64,000 nucleotides of DNA from Clostridia bacterium (lineage in GTDB: Bacteria; Bacillota; Clostridia; JAAYHZ01): positions 192,001 to 256,000 of the forward strand of contig JBMNIH010000010.1 of assembly GCA_050950825.1 (NCBI GenBank), read 5' to 3'. The notes under the pieces are model-generated. The model was not told the origin of the DNA, searched no databases, and worked only from the letters and a program-made list of their open reading frames with translations. Both the position numbers and the translations under genes were made by a program. Shown piece after piece: positions 33,012-43,031 of this stretch. The first letter of the stretch is position 1, and each line of letters starts with the position of its first letter.

Positions 33012-33068
33012 AGTTTTTGTAATACTGTATACAAAACTATTGAAACCCGGCGACGTTTCCTATATAAT
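33012..33068 (+). promoter_or_regulatory. sigmaA promoter of ispE-gntR-acpS operon with adjacent GntR-like palindrome
   Basis: TTGAAA (33040-45), 17 nt, TATAAT (33063-68); TGTATACA palindrome just upstream resembles FCD-type GntR boxes. Confidence 0.55.
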
Positions 33069-33213
33069 TTGTAAGAAACGGAAAAAGGGTTTTTTAAAAA
33101 AACAAGATCCCTAGGACCGGTCAAAAAGAAAAAAGGGATCGTAAAAAAGCGTGTCGATGCTTTTTTGTTTTGCAAGGAAAAGCGTCAACACGGTTACCCT
33201 ATTGAGGTAGTTT

Positions 33214-34092
33214 ATGCAAGCGAAAGCTTATGCAAAGATCAATTTATGCTTGGACGTCGTAAACAAAAGGGCGGACGGATACCATGATTTGAAAACCGTT
33301 ATGCAAACGGTAGATTTATACGATTCTCTTACTTTTCAAATAAAAGAATCGAAAGAAAAAAAGATAAAGCTTACTTCAAATCATCCGGGCTTGCCTTTGG
33401 ACTGTCGGAATTTGGTGTGTAGGGCGGCGGAGTTGTTTATGAAGCTGACAGGCATTTGTTTGGATATAGAGGTTCATATACAGAAACGTATTCCGGTGGC
33501 AGCCGGCTTGGGAGGAGGGAGCAGCGATGCAGGATGCACCCTTCGTGTTCTGAACCGGTGGGCCGGAGAACCTTTGGATTGGGCATATTTAAGCGTCGAA
33601 TCCAAGGCAATCGGTGCGGACGTCCCCTTTGCGGTATACGGCGGTACCGCTTTGGTGGAGGGTATCGGCGAGCAGGTATTTCCGATACCGAAAAAGGAAA
33701 ACATAGGGCTCGTTCTGGTTTGCCCTCGAATTTCCGTGTCAACGAAAAGCGTATTCCAAAGGTACGTATTGGACGATCCTATGGAAGAGAAGGTCCTTGG
33801 AGTGGCGGAAGCCTTAAAAAAAGGAGATATCCGACTTTTAGGACAAAATTTGTTTAATAAGCTTGAAAGAGTGACAATAAAGGATTATCCTTTAATTGGG
33901 GAAATTAAGAATATGCTAATGAATGCAGGGGCGTTCGGGGCTGTCATGAGCGGAAGCGGTCCTTCGGTTTTCGGGGTTTTTCCCGACCTTGACGAGGCTC
34001 GAAAGGCGGAGCAAAATATCGCATATCGATTAGGGCGGAGTGTCCGGACTTTTTGCATAAAGACGGTAGAAGGAGTCATTTATGAGCAATAA
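33214..34092 (+). CDS. ispE: 4-diphosphocytidyl-2-C-methyl-D-erythritol kinase
   Basis: AKINLCL, DGYHDL, IPVAAGLGGGSSDA, GADVPF, MSGSGPSVF. Confidence 0.96.
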   Translation: MQAKAYAKINLCLDVVNKRADGYHDLKTVMQTVDLYDSLTFQIKESKEKKIKLTSNHPGLPLDCRNLVCRAAELFMKLTGICLDIEVHIQKRIPVAAGLGGGSSDAGCTLRVLNRWAGEPLDWAYLSVESKAIGADVPFAVYGGTALVEGIGEQVFPIPKKENIGLVLVCPRISVSTKSVFQRYVLDDPMEEKVLGVAEALKKGDIRLLGQNLFNKLERVTIKDYPLIGEIKNMLMNAGAFGAVMSGSGPSVFGVFPDLDEARKAEQNIAYRLGRSVRTFCIKTVEGVIYEQ

Positions 34093-34762
34093 ATTATCGA
34101 AAATAGACTTTAATGATTATAAACCTTTAAGAGAGGTCATCTTTAACAGCATACGTGAAGCCATTATACTCGGAGAATTGAAGCCCGGGGAACGCTTGAT
34201 GGAAGTGCAATTGGCGGAAAAATTGGGTGTCAGCAGAACTCCTATACGAGAAGCCATCCGCAAGCTGGAGCTGGAGGGCCTTGTGGTGATGATTCCGAGA
34301 AAAGGGGCGTATGTAGCGGATTTGACCAAAAAAGACATTATCGACGTTTTGGAGGTTCGTGCGGCGCTAGACGGTTTGGCAACCCAGCTTGCGGCGGAGC
34401 GAATTACCGATAACGAGTTGAAGGATCTTCAGAAAATTACGGAGCAATTCGCCGCTTATGTAGAGAAAAATAACCTTCAGGGGATTATAAAAAAGGATAT
34501 CGAATTCCACGACCTTATTTACAGAGCGTCGCGGAACGAAAAGCTGTACCAAATCAATAACAATATACAGGAAATGATCTATCGTTTCCGTGTGATCTAT
34601 CTGAAGAACTACAATCCTTTCCGAGACGTAAGCAAGGAACACGGCAGGATTGTTGCGGCCATTTCGGAAAAAAATCCTACGGAAGCCCAAAAGTGGGCGA
34701 TTATGCACATAAAGAACCAAGAGTATACCATTATTAAAGAATTAAAGGATTCTACCCAATGA
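34082..34762 (+). CDS. GntR family (FCD) transcriptional regulator
   Basis: LKPGERLME..LAEKLGVSRTPIREA; DIEFHD; EH. Confidence 0.93.
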   Translation: MSNKLSKIDFNDYKPLREVIFNSIREAIILGELKPGERLMEVQLAEKLGVSRTPIREAIRKLELEGLVVMIPRKGAYVADLTKKDIIDVLEVRAALDGLATQLAAERITDNELKDLQKITEQFAAYVEKNNLQGIIKKDIEFHDLIYRASRNEKLYQINNNIQEMIYRFRVIYLKNYNPFRDVSKEHGRIVAAISEKNPTEAQKWAIMHIKNQEYTIIKELKDSTQ

Positions 34763-35148
34763 AAATTGCCGCCGGCGTTGATATCGTGGAAATCGATCGG
34801 GTAAGAAGCTTGGTTGAAAAGTATTTAAGCGACCCGGCTTTAGAAAGAATTTTTCATAAGGATGAAATAGCGTACTGCATATCAAAGGGCCGTTTAAGTA
34901 TGGAAAGCTTTGCCGCAAGGTTTGCTGCAAAGGAAGCGGTGGCCAAGGCCTTAGGTACCGGTTTCGGGGAAAAATGCCTGTGGAACGAGATCATTATTAA
35001 AAACGACGATGCCGGTGCACCTTATGTGGAATTGACGGGAACTACGAAAAAAACATTTGAAGAGCAAAAGGGAAAAGACCTGTCTTTATCGGTTTCCCAT
35101 TGCAAGGATTATGCCGTGGCAATGGTGGTCTTTTTGAAAGGCGGATGA
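34759..35148 (+). CDS. acpS: Holo-ACP synthase
   Basis: GVDIVEIDR, ARFAAKEAVAKALGTG, LSVSH. Confidence 0.95.
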   Translation: MKIAAGVDIVEIDRVRSLVEKYLSDPALERIFHKDEIAYCISKGRLSMESFAARFAAKEAVAKALGTGFGEKCLWNEIIIKNDDAGAPYVELTGTTKKTFEEQKGKDLSLSVSHCKDYAVAMVVFLKGG

Positions 35149-35152
35149 TACA

Positions 35153-36301
35153 TTGAGTAAAATTCGATTTGTACAATGCGGGGACATCCATATCGGTATG
35201 CCCTTTTCTTCGTTTAAGGGAATTTTCGGGCTGCCCGAAAAAAGAAGGCGCCACATCGAAGAAACCTTCGAGAAAATCATCGGAATCGCCGCCGATACAA
35301 AGTCCGATTTTTTGATAATCTGCGGCGATTTGTTCGAAGAAAAGTACGCGACCCGGTCCGTTATCGAGAATATGAATTATGAATTCGGAAAAGTATCCCG
35401 AGTCGTTATGATCCCCGGAAATCACGATCCTTTTAACAAAGGATCCTTTTATCACCGTTTTCCTTGGCGGGAAAACGTATTTGTTTTGTCTCCCGAAAGG
35501 CCTTTTATCGAATTTCCCGACCTGTCCGTCGCTTTCTATCATTACAATTCCCTCCGGGAATCGGATTCTCTCGGGCAATTAAATCTGCAAAAAGACCGGA
35601 TCAACATCTTAATGTTTCACGGAACCATTGATACCATATGTACGGAGGACCGCTACCTTCCGGTAACTTCGGAGGAGCTGGAAAGGTACGGTTTCGACTA
35701 TATAGCCGCCGGGCATTTTCACAACACCTTTCTTCAATACGGAAAAAACAAAACCATTCATAATGCGGGAAGCCCGGAGCCTTTAGGGTTCGACGAAGAA
35801 GGTATACATTCGATCATAACCGGGGAAATAACGAAGGAGATGGGCCATGTTGAATGCCGTGCGGAAAAAGTGCAGGTATCGAATCGCTTCTACAAAACCT
35901 TGGAAATTACCACGGATCCGGAGATGTCCTTGAATGAAATCATTTCTTTTGTACGGCAAACCCTACAATCCGTAGAAGGGCATAAGGACATGCTGGCAAG
36001 AATCCTTTTAAAAGGAAGAAGGGACCCGAAAATGTACTTGGACACGCTGAAAATTCAAGAAAGCCTTGTCGGCTTAACCCTTTATGCAAAAGTCACGGAC
36101 GAGACTCTTCCCGATTTCGACATATCTCAAATTTCAAAAGAACAGGGAATACGAGGCGTGTTTGTTCGAAATGTGCTGGAAAAGATGGAACAGGAGCCTC
36201 ATTTAAGCTCCTTTTACCGATCCGTGATGATTTACGGGTTGGAGGCCTTGTCCGGCAACAGACCGTCTCTGACGGACCCGACGGAAGAAGGGGGGCGGTG
36301 A
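35153..36301 (+). CDS. YhaO/SbcD-like (Mre11) metallophosphoesterase
   Basis: GDIHIG, GDLFE, PGNHDP, FHG, AGHFH, GSPEPLGFDE. Confidence 0.9.
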   Translation: MSKIRFVQCGDIHIGMPFSSFKGIFGLPEKRRRHIEETFEKIIGIAADTKSDFLIICGDLFEEKYATRSVIENMNYEFGKVSRVVMIPGNHDPFNKGSFYHRFPWRENVFVLSPERPFIEFPDLSVAFYHYNSLRESDSLGQLNLQKDRINILMFHGTIDTICTEDRYLPVTSEELERYGFDYIAAGHFHNTFLQYGKNKTIHNAGSPEPLGFDEEGIHSIITGEITKEMGHVECRAEKVQVSNRFYKTLEITTDPEMSLNEIISFVRQTLQSVEGHKDMLARILLKGRRDPKMYLDTLKIQESLVGLTLYAKVTDETLPDFDISQISKEQGIRGVFVRNVLEKMEQEPHLSSFYRSVMIYGLEALSGNRPSLTDPTEEGGR

Positions 36302-36305
36302 AGGC

Positions 36306-38910
36306 ATGATTATTAAAAAAGCCGTGATTAAAGGATTCGGTAAATACAGCCAAAAAGAATTTTTGTTTGACCGCGGTTTAAACTGTGTATTCGGCGAAAA
36401 CGAGGCCGGAAAATCGACCCTGCTTTGGTTCATCCGCGGAATGCTTTACGGTTTAAAAGGAGGCAGAGCAAAAACAACCGGAGAACAGGCGCCCTTAAAA
36501 AAATTTCAGCCCTGGTCCGATAACACGTATTCGGGATCCTTGGAAATCGAAACCGACAAGGGAGAAACCTTTTACATATATAGGGATTTTAATAAAAAGA
36601 CCTTGAACATCTATAACGATCGATACGAAGACGTTACGAGCCTTCTGTTGACCTCTTCCGATATGCAGCCCGGAGAAGTCTTTACGGGTATGAGCGAAGA
36701 CTTGTTTTGAGAGCACCTGCTTCATCGATTCCGCCGGCAGCTGTCTTACCGTTGACGATCGAAAAGGAATTGAAAGCAGGTTGATTGAAGTAAGCGAAAC
36801 CGGCTTTTTCGACGTTTCCTTGACCCATGCCTTATCCTTGCTGGAGGATATCCGTAAAAAAGAAATCGGTGCGGCGGCGGACCGTAGAACCCTAAGAGAT
36901 CGCCCTTTACCGAAAACCTTGGACCGAATCACGGAGCTGGAAGAAAAAACGGCTCGGTTTGAAAAGATAAGAGAAGAAATCACTTCGCTCCACGAGCGCT
37001 TAGACCAAGTTCAAATACAAATCAAGGAATACGAAGGGACAATCGCTTTGTTAAACCGAGAAGAAGAGGTTTTGGACGAAGCCGCCTCCTTGCTGAAGGA
37101 CTTGATAAAAGTAAGCATTCTCAACGATATGATGGAATCGTATAAGGAAAATGTAAAAGCTCTTGAAAAAGCGAAGACCAAGAAAACGGAATGCCAAAAC
37201 GCCCTTTCGGAGCTTTCGGTTTACGAAGGAGAAACGGCGGAATCCGTAAAAATCCCCGGCCAATTGTACGACCGAAAAAGGCTGTATCGATCGGACTATG
37301 AGAAAGCCTTGCGGGCTTTAGAGCAATACAAAGAAGAAAAGACCCTTTTGGAAAAACAGCTGAAAGAATACGAAGCGTTTTTAGATAACAAAGGAGCCGT
37401 CGATACCGTATTGGATCTGCAGCGTATTCTGCCGGTGTATAAAAAGGATGCGGAGCAAAGCGCCGCAAAGAGAAAGGAAGAAAGGAAAGCGGAGCAAGAG
37501 GTTATTGCAAAGAAAATAAAAAGGACAAACCTTCTTTTCATACCGATTCTTTTAGCCTTTGTTATATTCGGCATGTTTTCCTATATAGAACAAAACATCA
37601 TAGGCGCCCTTCTTCTTGTGCCTTGCGTAGCCGCGTTCGTCCTTTTATTTCTTAAGAAAAAGAGCATGCAAAAAGAAATATATCACGAAGGGGATGATCA
37701 AGCTCGGATTACCCCGGAAATGGAGCGGTATCAAGAGGCGGAAAGCCGGCTTGCACAAGCCCTGAAGTTGTTGTCCTGCTCCGATTTTGATGAATTTAAA
37801 AGACGCTTGAACGATTTTAATGCCCTTGTCCATAAAACGGATGCCATTACCTACGGGGAAAGGCTGCAAAACGAAGCGGTGCAGGAAAAGCACGATTGGC
37901 TGACTCGAGCCGAATCGGAATTTAAAGAAGCCATAGCCAAGTTCAAGAGAGAAGAGGCGGAGGACAAGGAAAAGATAGCGGCCATCGAAAGAGGATGGAA
38001 TCGATACGTCGGTATTAAAATGGAACTGGAGCAGTGGGAAAGAAGAGAAAAAGAGCTTTCGGAAGCTTTGTCCGCCCTTTTAATGAAGCTGAAGGACCAA
38101 GGCTATTCCGATTTCGATGAGCTTTACCGAGCCTATCCTTCGTTGACGGAATCTCTTCAAAAAAAGGCGGCCTATGTCAAGGAAAAAGCACAAGGACTCG
38201 AAAGCCCGGAATTGGACCGGGGAATTTCCTTATTGAGCAAGCAGGACATAAAAGCCGTAGGCTCTTTGTTCGAGACCTTGTCCCAAGAAAACAAAAGAAA
38301 GCGGGAGCAGGTCATACCGGCCCACGGCGATCTGAAAGTAACCGAAACCCGAATTCAAAGGGATTTGGATAACCTTTGGGAGGAATACGAGGATTACAAA
38401 AGCGCATCGGAAGAGCTTTTGATGCTGTATGAGAAAAAGGAAAGGCTGATGCTTCAGGATCGGATCTTGAATGAAACGATAAGCATGCTTCGAATGGCCG
38501 GAGACGACGTGAAAAACAACTTTTATCGGCCTATGTCCGAAAAGCTGAATATGTATGTAAGCTTGATCACATCCGGAAAACACGGCGATATGAAGGTAGG
38601 AGAAACGCTGCAGATTAACGCCTCCGGAGAATCCGGCATCCGAAGCGTCATGGATTACAGTACCGGCACCATCGAGCAGATTTTCTTCGCTTTAAGGCTT
38701 GCCTGTGCGGAGTTAATGGAAGGAGAAGAAACCTGTCCTTTGTTTGCCGATGAGATTTTCGCCTCTTACGATGACCAAAGGGTGTTCCGGACGCTGAGGC
38801 TAATAGCCGAAACGGCGACGAAGCGGCAAGTTTTTTTGTTTACCTGCCGCAAAAGAGAACCGGATATGATAGTCCAAGTGCTGCCGAATGTCCCCGTGAT
38901 TCTTCTTTGA
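36306..38910 (+). pseudogene. YhaN/SbcC-like SMC ATPase split by a +1 frameshift near 36705-36710
   Basis: Walker A GENEAGKST in 36306-36710. Coiled coil, two TM helices, YSTGT signature and FADE Walker B in the +1 frame. Removing one T from TTTTGAG gives continuous ...EDLFESTCFIDS.... Confidence 0.8.
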
Positions 38911-39010
38911 ACAATAGCTTCGTGAAAACGTATTTGAATACATAATTTTTGTTTTCCGGCAAAAAATATGATTAATCAAATTCGAATCATACGTTTTTTC
39001 CGGAGTTGTT

Positions 39011-40423
39011 ATGAGTATAAAAGGTAAGTTAAAAGATTTCAAATATCGTCTCACCGACAGAAGAATGTATACCATCGTCAGCTTGACGTTGATCGGCGTT
39101 TTGCTGTGGGGAGTCTACCAGAACCGGCGGGCTACCGATTACAAGAACTTGCTGAACAACCAATACAACCGAATGTTTTTCGACTTGACGGACAATGTCA
39201 ATAACATCGAGTCTCTTTTAGCCAAATCCTTGATCAGCGCATCTCCCGCCAAAACCTCCAAAACGCTGCAGGAGGCTTGGGCTCAGGCAAACATGGCTCA
39301 AATGAACATCATTCAGCTGCCCATTTCCCAACCCTATTTGGACGGTACCTCCAAGTTTCTAACCCAAGTAGGGGATTTGGCTTTTGCTTTGAATGAGCAG
39401 ACCAATCGAGGAAAAGAGATCTCGGAAGAGCAGTATAACAATATTAAAATGATGTATGAGTACTCAAAAGAAGTGAACAATAGCATTAAAGCCATGCAGG
39501 AAGAGCTGTTTTCCGGAAGGATTCGGTGGAATACCATCGAAAAGAAGGGAAAAGCCTTTTTAGGCAAGCAGGACGAGAATTTGCCCGGCGACCTTTTTGC
39601 CGATTTAAACAAGTCCTTTGAAGGCTTCCCCACCTTAATTTACGACGGTCCCTTCTCCGACCATATAACGCAAATCGAGCCCGTAGCGTTAGGAGATAAG
39701 GAAATCACGCAAGAAGAAGCCCAAGAAATCGCTCTTCAATTTTTCGGAAAAGATCGTGTTGAAAAAATCGAGTTTTTCGGAGCCATTCAAGAGGATGCCA
39801 TCGAATCCTACACCTTTGAGGTGATTTTCAAGGATACGGACAAAGATGCCACGGGGACGATCGATATAACGAAAATCGGAGGGTATCCTTTATGGGCCAT
39901 AAGCTCAAGACCGGTTTACGAATCCGCCATAAATATGGACCAAGCGAAGCAAATCGGAAGAGATTTTCTGACGAAGATGGGCTTTGAAAATATGACGGAC
40001 ACCTACTATATTGTGAGCGGGAATGTGGCTACCATCAATTATGCCGCCAAACAAGGGGAATACATCCTGTATCCGGATTTAATCAAGCTTCAGGTGGCGT
40101 TAGACAACGGTGAAATCATGGGAATCGAATCGAAAGGGTACCTTTACTCCCATAAAGAAAGAAAGATCCCGGAACCGACCGTAACCATTGACGAAGCTCG
40201 CAAATTGATCTCTCCGCGTGTAACGATCGTCGGGGAGGGGCATGCCGTGATTCCCACTCCTTTTAAGACGGAGGTTTTCACCTACGAATTCAAAGTGAAA
40301 CTGGAGGACCGGGATTGTCTTGTGTATATCGGAACCACAAGCGGAATCGAAGAGGAGATTCTTCTTATCATCGATACCGACCAAGGGGTTCTCACCGTTG
40401 ACAACGGTCCGTATTATCGATGA
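39011..40423 (+). CDS. ypeB: Spore germination protein YpeB
   Basis: N-terminal TM, YNRMF, KFLTQVGD, PTLIYDGPFSDH, YPDLIKLQVALDNGEI. Confidence 0.92.
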   Translation: MSIKGKLKDFKYRLTDRRMYTIVSLTLIGVLLWGVYQNRRATDYKNLLNNQYNRMFFDLTDNVNNIESLLAKSLISASPAKTSKTLQEAWAQANMAQMNIIQLPISQPYLDGTSKFLTQVGDLAFALNEQTNRGKEISEEQYNNIKMMYEYSKEVNNSIKAMQEELFSGRIRWNTIEKKGKAFLGKQDENLPGDLFADLNKSFEGFPTLIYDGPFSDHITQIEPVALGDKEITQEEAQEIALQFFGKDRVEKIEFFGAIQEDAIESYTFEVIFKDTDKDATGTIDITKIGGYPLWAISSRPVYESAINMDQAKQIGRDFLTKMGFENMTDTYYIVSGNVATINYAAKQGEYILYPDLIKLQVALDNGEIMGIESKGYLYSHKERKIPEPTVTIDEARKLISPRVTIVGEGHAVIPTPFKTEVFTYEFKVKLEDRDCLVYIGTTSGIEEEILLIIDTDQGVLTVDNGPYYR

Positions 40424-40477
40424 AATTAATGCAAAGCAATTCATCCTATATTCGTTTTTTCGACAGTTAATAGGATC

Positions 40478-40527
40478 AATAGAGGCGAAAAACCGCGATA
40501 TCATGCGGACTTTTGCCTCTATTTTTT
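40478..40527 (+). terminator. Long hairpin terminator after ypeB
   Basis: AATAGAGGCGAAAA-CCGC..GCGG-TTTTGCCTCTATT followed by T-run. Confidence 0.65.
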
Positions 40528-40549
40528 GCTTTTTAAAATTATTTATATA

Positions 40550-40579
40550 TTGACAATGCTTTAAAGCAACGAATACACT
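40550..40579 (+). promoter_or_regulatory. Promoter with palindromic operator in spacer
   Basis: TTGACA (40550-55), TGCTTTAAAGCA palindrome (40557-68), TACACT (40574-79). Confidence 0.55.
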
Positions 40580-40636
40580 TAATTTAAGCCGTCATACGGC
40601 CGGTCCGATCATGAAAAAGGAGTATCGATTCGATCT

Positions 40637-41425
40637 ATGAATATCTTGAAAGAAAAAATTAAGAAAAAGATGCGTATTTGCGGTACCCATGTTCATTTAA
40701 GCGATCCGAGTATTTGTGAAATTATGGGGAATGTCGGCTTTGACTATATCTGGATTGATATGGAGCATACTTATATTGATTATAAGACTCTGTTTGTGCA
40801 TCTGAATGCCGCAAAGGCTGCCGGGGTACCGGCAGTTGTCAGAGTGCCGCAAGACGATCTGACGGCTACAAAAAAGGTCCTCGAAATGGGCGTAGACGGG
40901 ATTATCTTTCCCATGATTAAGAATGCCGAGCAAGCGAACAGGCTTATCGGCTACACGCTGTATCCTCCCGTCGGTACAAGGGGTTTCGGACCCATGCGAG
41001 CGATTCGGTACGGCTTGGATGATGTGAACGAATACATTCATCATTCGTCTTTGGATATTTGCCGATTTATTCAGATTGAAAATATCGAGGCGGTAGATCA
41101 TCTGCCGGAAATCATTCAAAATACATATATCGACGGATATATTTTCGGACCCTATGATTTATCGGGCTCGGTCGGAGAGCTAGGCAACATTACCGGTGAG
41201 AAAACGATCAATTTGATAAAAAAATCAATCGAGATACTTGAACCGACCGGAAAAGCGATCGGTCTGTCAACGGGAGATACGGATATTCGAATGCTAAAAT
41301 TTTGGAATGACATGGGTATCCATATGATTTCGGCAGGCGTCGATTACGGCTATATTTTATCCGGCTCCATGGAAACGCTTCGTAAATTGCGGGAAGTGCA
41401 AAAAACGAAAGGCGAAGGAAATTAA
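40637..41425 (+). CDS. HpcH/HpaI class II pyruvate aldolase
   Basis: GFDYIWIDMEH, VRVP, YPPVGTRGFGP, QIE, FGPYDLS. Confidence 0.9.
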   Translation: MNILKEKIKKKMRICGTHVHLSDPSICEIMGNVGFDYIWIDMEHTYIDYKTLFVHLNAAKAAGVPAVVRVPQDDLTATKKVLEMGVDGIIFPMIKNAEQANRLIGYTLYPPVGTRGFGPMRAIRYGLDDVNEYIHHSSLDICRFIQIENIEAVDHLPEIIQNTYIDGYIFGPYDLSGSVGELGNITGEKTINLIKKSIEILEPTGKAIGLSTGDTDIRMLKFWNDMGIHMISAGVDYGYILSGSMETLRKLREVQKTKGEGN

Positions 41426-41489
41426 AAAAGAAAATCGTGTTGCAGTACTTATAAAGCCGTTTAAAATAAATTAGATTAAGGAGAGAACG

Positions 41490-42959
41490 ATGGTTATAAA
41501 TATCGGATCGAGACGTGAAGTTTTTTGGGATGAATTTATCATCGACACCACCCGTACGACGGCATACGAGCTGATGCATCATCCCGTACGGCGTGAAGCG
41601 GTTATGATAAACGATGCTCCTTGGGAAGGCAACGGATGGATACATACGTGTGTACTTGAGGATAACGGTATCTTTCGGATGTATTATATAACCATGCCCA
41701 TGTGGAATGAAGAGCTTACGGCATACGGTCCTCCGTTTCGACACAGCTGCTATGCGGAAAGCACGGACGGTATACATTGGACGAAGCCGAGGGTTGGCGA
41801 CTTTATGTTTCGGGGCAGCTATGACAACAATATTATAACCGATAAAAGCCTTACTTCTTTTGATGTACTGATTGATCCGAATCCCGATTGTCCCCCGGAT
41901 GAAAAGTATAAGGCGATTATTGCAAAAAAGGCGGAAAAAGGATCCGAGCTTTATTGCATGTTTAGCGGAGACGGGGTCCATTTTCGCGACGGCTATATGA
42001 TTTCGAATAAAGGTTGGGTTAATCCTTTTGATTCGCATAACACGCTGAATTGGGATCCCCATCGAAAAAAATACGTTTGTTATTGTCGGGATGTTCAGGT
42101 TACGGATCGTGTGATTGTTCATGACTTTTTTCCGTTTAACGAATGGATGCGTAACAAAAGAGCGATCTGGCGTATTGAATCCGATGATTTTCGTAACTGG
42201 AGCGATCCCGAATTCATCGATTACGGAGATTCGCCTTACGGTTTCGAAATGTACACAAACGGAATTATGCCTTATCCTCGTGCCGACCACATTTATATCG
42301 GTTTGCCCATGCGATATTATGAACGCCCGGAATGGACTCCGACTTATGACCGATTATGCGGCAGCGAGCATCGCAAGTGGCGTATGCAGCGCGGCAAACG
42401 TTTCGGCTTGGCCCTTACCGACGCATTATTCATGTGCTCTCGAGACGGAAAAACTTTTAAGCGGTGGGATCAAGCCTTCATGACACCGGGTCCGGAAAGC
42501 CCGTATGCTTGGATTTACGGCGATTGCAGCTTAACTCACGGTATTTTGGCAACGGACACGATTGTAAAAGGTGAGGACAAAGAGCTGTCCATGTATGTCA
42601 CGGTCAATAACTGGACGGATCAACCGCAGCAAATGTATCGCTATACGCTGCGTATAGACGGATTTATAAGCCGCCGAGCCGATTTTGAAAAGCGTTTGCT
42701 GGTCACCAAGGCCTTTACCTTCGAGGGCAGTAAATTATCCGTAAACTTTTCCACCTCAGCCATAGGCTATATCCGAATTATAATCGAAGATATTTACGGA
42801 AATCCCATAGACGGTTATACCGGTTACGAGCTTTTTGGAGACAGTACGGACCGTTATGTAGACTTTCCTTCGCCTCTTGAAGCCTTAAACGGGAAACCCA
42901 TACGAATGAGGATAGAAATGCGCGATGCGGATATCTATTCGTTTAAATTTGACAAGTAA
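41490..42959 (+). CDS. Uncharacterised beta-propeller glycoside-hydrolase-like protein
   Basis: Repeated SxDGxxW/F boxes (ESTDGIHW, FSGDGVHF, ESDDFRNW, CSRDGKTF), PWEG, FDS, LRIDGF and a beta-sandwich-like tail; no signal peptide. Confidence 0.65.
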   Translation: MVINIGSRREVFWDEFIIDTTRTTAYELMHHPVRREAVMINDAPWEGNGWIHTCVLEDNGIFRMYYITMPMWNEELTAYGPPFRHSCYAESTDGIHWTKPRVGDFMFRGSYDNNIITDKSLTSFDVLIDPNPDCPPDEKYKAIIAKKAEKGSELYCMFSGDGVHFRDGYMISNKGWVNPFDSHNTLNWDPHRKKYVCYCRDVQVTDRVIVHDFFPFNEWMRNKRAIWRIESDDFRNWSDPEFIDYGDSPYGFEMYTNGIMPYPRADHIYIGLPMRYYERPEWTPTYDRLCGSEHRKWRMQRGKRFGLALTDALFMCSRDGKTFKRWDQAFMTPGPESPYAWIYGDCSLTHGILATDTIVKGEDKELSMYVTVNNWTDQPQQMYRYTLRIDGFISRRADFEKRLLVTKAFTFEGSKLSVNFSTSAIGYIRIIIEDIYGNPIDGYTGYELFGDSTDRYVDFPSPLEALNGKPIRMRIEMRDADIYSFKFDK

Positions 42960-42981
42960 CGGCCGAATACACCGATATGGA

Positions 42982-43008
42982 AAAAGGGGGAATTTTCATC
43001 CCCCTTTT
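42982..43008. terminator. Bidirectional terminator between convergent genes
   Basis: AAAAGGGGGA-ATTTTCA-TCCCCCTTTT. Confidence 0.7.
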
Positions 43009-43031
43009 CAAATTTATTCACATTCTTTCGA

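Noticed and set aside
37530-37655. Transmembrane helices in the middle of the SMC-like coiled coil
   Set aside because: A recurring feature of YhaN-family proteins, not novel.
40478-40523. Hairpin with CCGC-N8-GCGG core as a recombination (att-like) site bounding the aldolase islet
   Set aside because: No second copy or recombinase in the window; adequately explained as the ypeB terminator.
41208-42290. 360-aa antisense ORF and other long shadow ORFs (e.g. 30214-30825, 49646-50386, 62858-63562)
   Set aside because: They lie opposite well-supported genes and lack RBSs and recognisable motifs; typical antisense open frames.
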